NCBI RefSeq assembly: GCF_039654945.1 | Contig: NW_027361899.1 | Span: 13,392,001-13,456,000 of the forward strand | DNA from: Dendrobates tinctorius | Taxonomy: Eukaryota | DNA: 64,000 bases | Direction of reading: 5' to 3' | Part shown: positions 62,091 through 64,000 of the stretch, piece by piece | Numbering within the stretch: the first letter of the stretch is position 1 | Layout of the letters: each line of letters starts with the position of its first letter | Notes under the pieces: generated by a model | Databases searched by the model: none | What the model was told of the DNA's origin: nothing | Seen by the model: only the letters and a program-made list of their open reading frames with translations | Position numbers and translations under genes: made by a program

Positions 62091-63594
62091 TAGGTACAGC
62101 TGGAATATTGGCTTCTGTCTTTCTTTGTAATTTGCTCATTATTAACTCTTTACGTGCTGGGGACGATCTGCCGGGCGACTCTGCTTCAGTTTTCCGATAA
62201 TTAATTCTTGATTAATATACATCCCGGTAGCCGTCACTCACCGGCGGCCGTCCCGTGTCCTGTGTGGAGGGTGTGAAATATCAGAGACCGATTAACCCTT
62301 TACAGTTATTGCTTAATTTAATTTATAAAATGGTCACCCAGGACCCTGAGCTGATGTACCGAGCTTTACATATGCGGTACTACCTGACGAGACTTGGGAA
62401 GCGATACATCAATTACGTTTTGGTTTCCTTTTTTTTTTTTTTGTTTCATTAAGTGATTTTTTTTGCAACAACTTTGTCAAAATTTTGCAAGCGGTTAATG
62501 ACTTTTTTTAAAAAAAAAATTCCAAAATGCTATTTTTTTTGCTTTTAAACTCTTGTGGATTTTTAGCACAAAAAGTCTCACGCTCCAATAAAATGTTGCA
62601 AAAAAAAAAAATTGCACAAATATTCCAGGTGTAAATCTCAAAATCACATTGGTGCAAAAACCTTATAACTTTTTGACTTTTTAAAAAGCTGCAATAGATA
62701 AATCGGCCCAAAAATCTGAAGGTATCAATCCCCACCCGCAATGATTAATATTAAAAACGCAGGCAAACATCAAATAGGGTAAAAAAAGGTGCAAATTAAA
62801 AGAAGAATGTAACGTAAAACGGGTGAAAAACTCCAAAAGTTTGTGAAAAACACAACTGCAATAATGAATGTGGCATCACGGCTCCGACTCATGATTTGCA
62901 TTTTTTTAAGTCACTTTTCTATTTTTCTCTTGTCATATTCACTGACGTTTCTTGCACCAAATTCCTCAAAATGGCGCCAGCAGCTCACCCATTTTGGTTT
63001 TCCTTCTTTCCATAAGTTTTGCAACTTTTTGAGCAAAAATTCACAAAGTTTTTGCAAAATGTTGCATAAAAATTGACTCCAGAAAAGGTGCAAATAGAAT
63101 GATCAATTGGGTGCAAAAAAAGCACAAAGCACAAAGAAGGGAAAAAGCGACGATGAATCCAAGCGTAAGGCCTCGTTCACACGTTCAGTATTTAGTCAGT
63201 ATTTCACATCAGTATTTATAAGCCAATGCCAGGAGTGGGTGATAAATGCAGAAGAGAAGACGAGAATTTGCGGATGACACGATGGGGAGAGAGGAGCTTC
63301 CAGTGACTGAACTAATATTTGGAGGCCAGAGTTTAGCAATCTCTACACCTTTGGTGGATTTAATGGTGGGAATGTTTTTTGGGATTTTAACTTCTAACTG
63401 ATATTTTGGGGGTAGTTCTGTTGTGATTCCCTGCTGTGGAAGGGGGAGAGTGACCCGGACCTTGTCACCAGGTGAAATAAGGAGGCCAGATGTCACTAGT
63501 GGGGCAGGTTCTAAATATTGAAGAGGCAGAGGGTTTCCTACTGTTACAGGGGAAGGTGGGATCTGCTTGTTGTGACTACTAGGGAGGAAGAGAA

Positions 63595-63850
63595 AGCCTG
63601 CTGTGATTACTGGGGAAGGGTAGGGGTGCGGCTGTGATTATTGGGGAAGAGTAGGGGTGCGGCTGTGATTAATGGGGAAGAGTAGGGGTGCGGCTGTGAT
63701 TACTGGGGAAGAGTAGGGGTCCGGCTGTGATCGCTGGGGAGGGGTAGGGGTCCATCTGTGATTACTTGAGGAGGGGTAGAGGGCCTGTTGGGATTAGTTG
63801 GGAGGGGTAGGGGTCCGGCTGTGATTACTGGGGAAGGGTAGGATCTGGCT
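63595..63850. repeat. 31-bp G-rich minisatellite
   Basis: GGGGAAGAGTAGGGGTGCGGCTGTGATTACT copies. Confidence 0.85.
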
Positions 63851-64000
63851 GTGATTACATTGATAGGGAGATCTGGGGGCCCTGATATGAAATGCCACTA
63901 GCAATGGGGGTCTTGCTGTGGCTACTAGGACAGTGTGAGGGGCTCACTATGATTACTAGCAATATGGAGGGCTGCTGTCAGCACTGGGGCAATAGGGAGC

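Noticed and set aside
42100-64000. Exons of the next syntenic gene downstream of WDR43
   Set aside because: No recognisable coding exons found.

Overview
Vertebrate genomic DNA, very probably a frog (inferred from the TE and satellite repertoire; species not determinable). Two divergently transcribed genes in the arrangement known from human 2p23: the first coding exon of TRMT61B (minus strand, 6000-7100, with an in-frame 39-bp/13-aa minisatellite) and a complete 18-exon WDR43/UTP5 (plus strand, 21236-41337, 657 aa by manual splicing, all introns GT-AG). WDR43 introns host five box C/D snoRNAs (four SNORD53-like, one SNORD92-like). The rest is nested mobile DNA: five Tc1/mariner copies, a 5'-truncated L1 with 14-bp TSD, two CR1 fragments, Harbinger and hAT MITEs, a solo LTR and many tandem repeats. 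The most unusual structures are an 8.4-kb composite of two convergent Gmr1-type Gypsy halves with inverted LTR termini inside a 35-bp satellite, a 544-bp TSD-flanked insertion that begins with a U3:A8-variant hammerhead ribozyme (plus decayed relatives), and a 2.9-kb hAT element that is almost wholly a palindrome next to a 32-nt exon. All calls were made by eye; family names rest on recalled motifs, not database searches.
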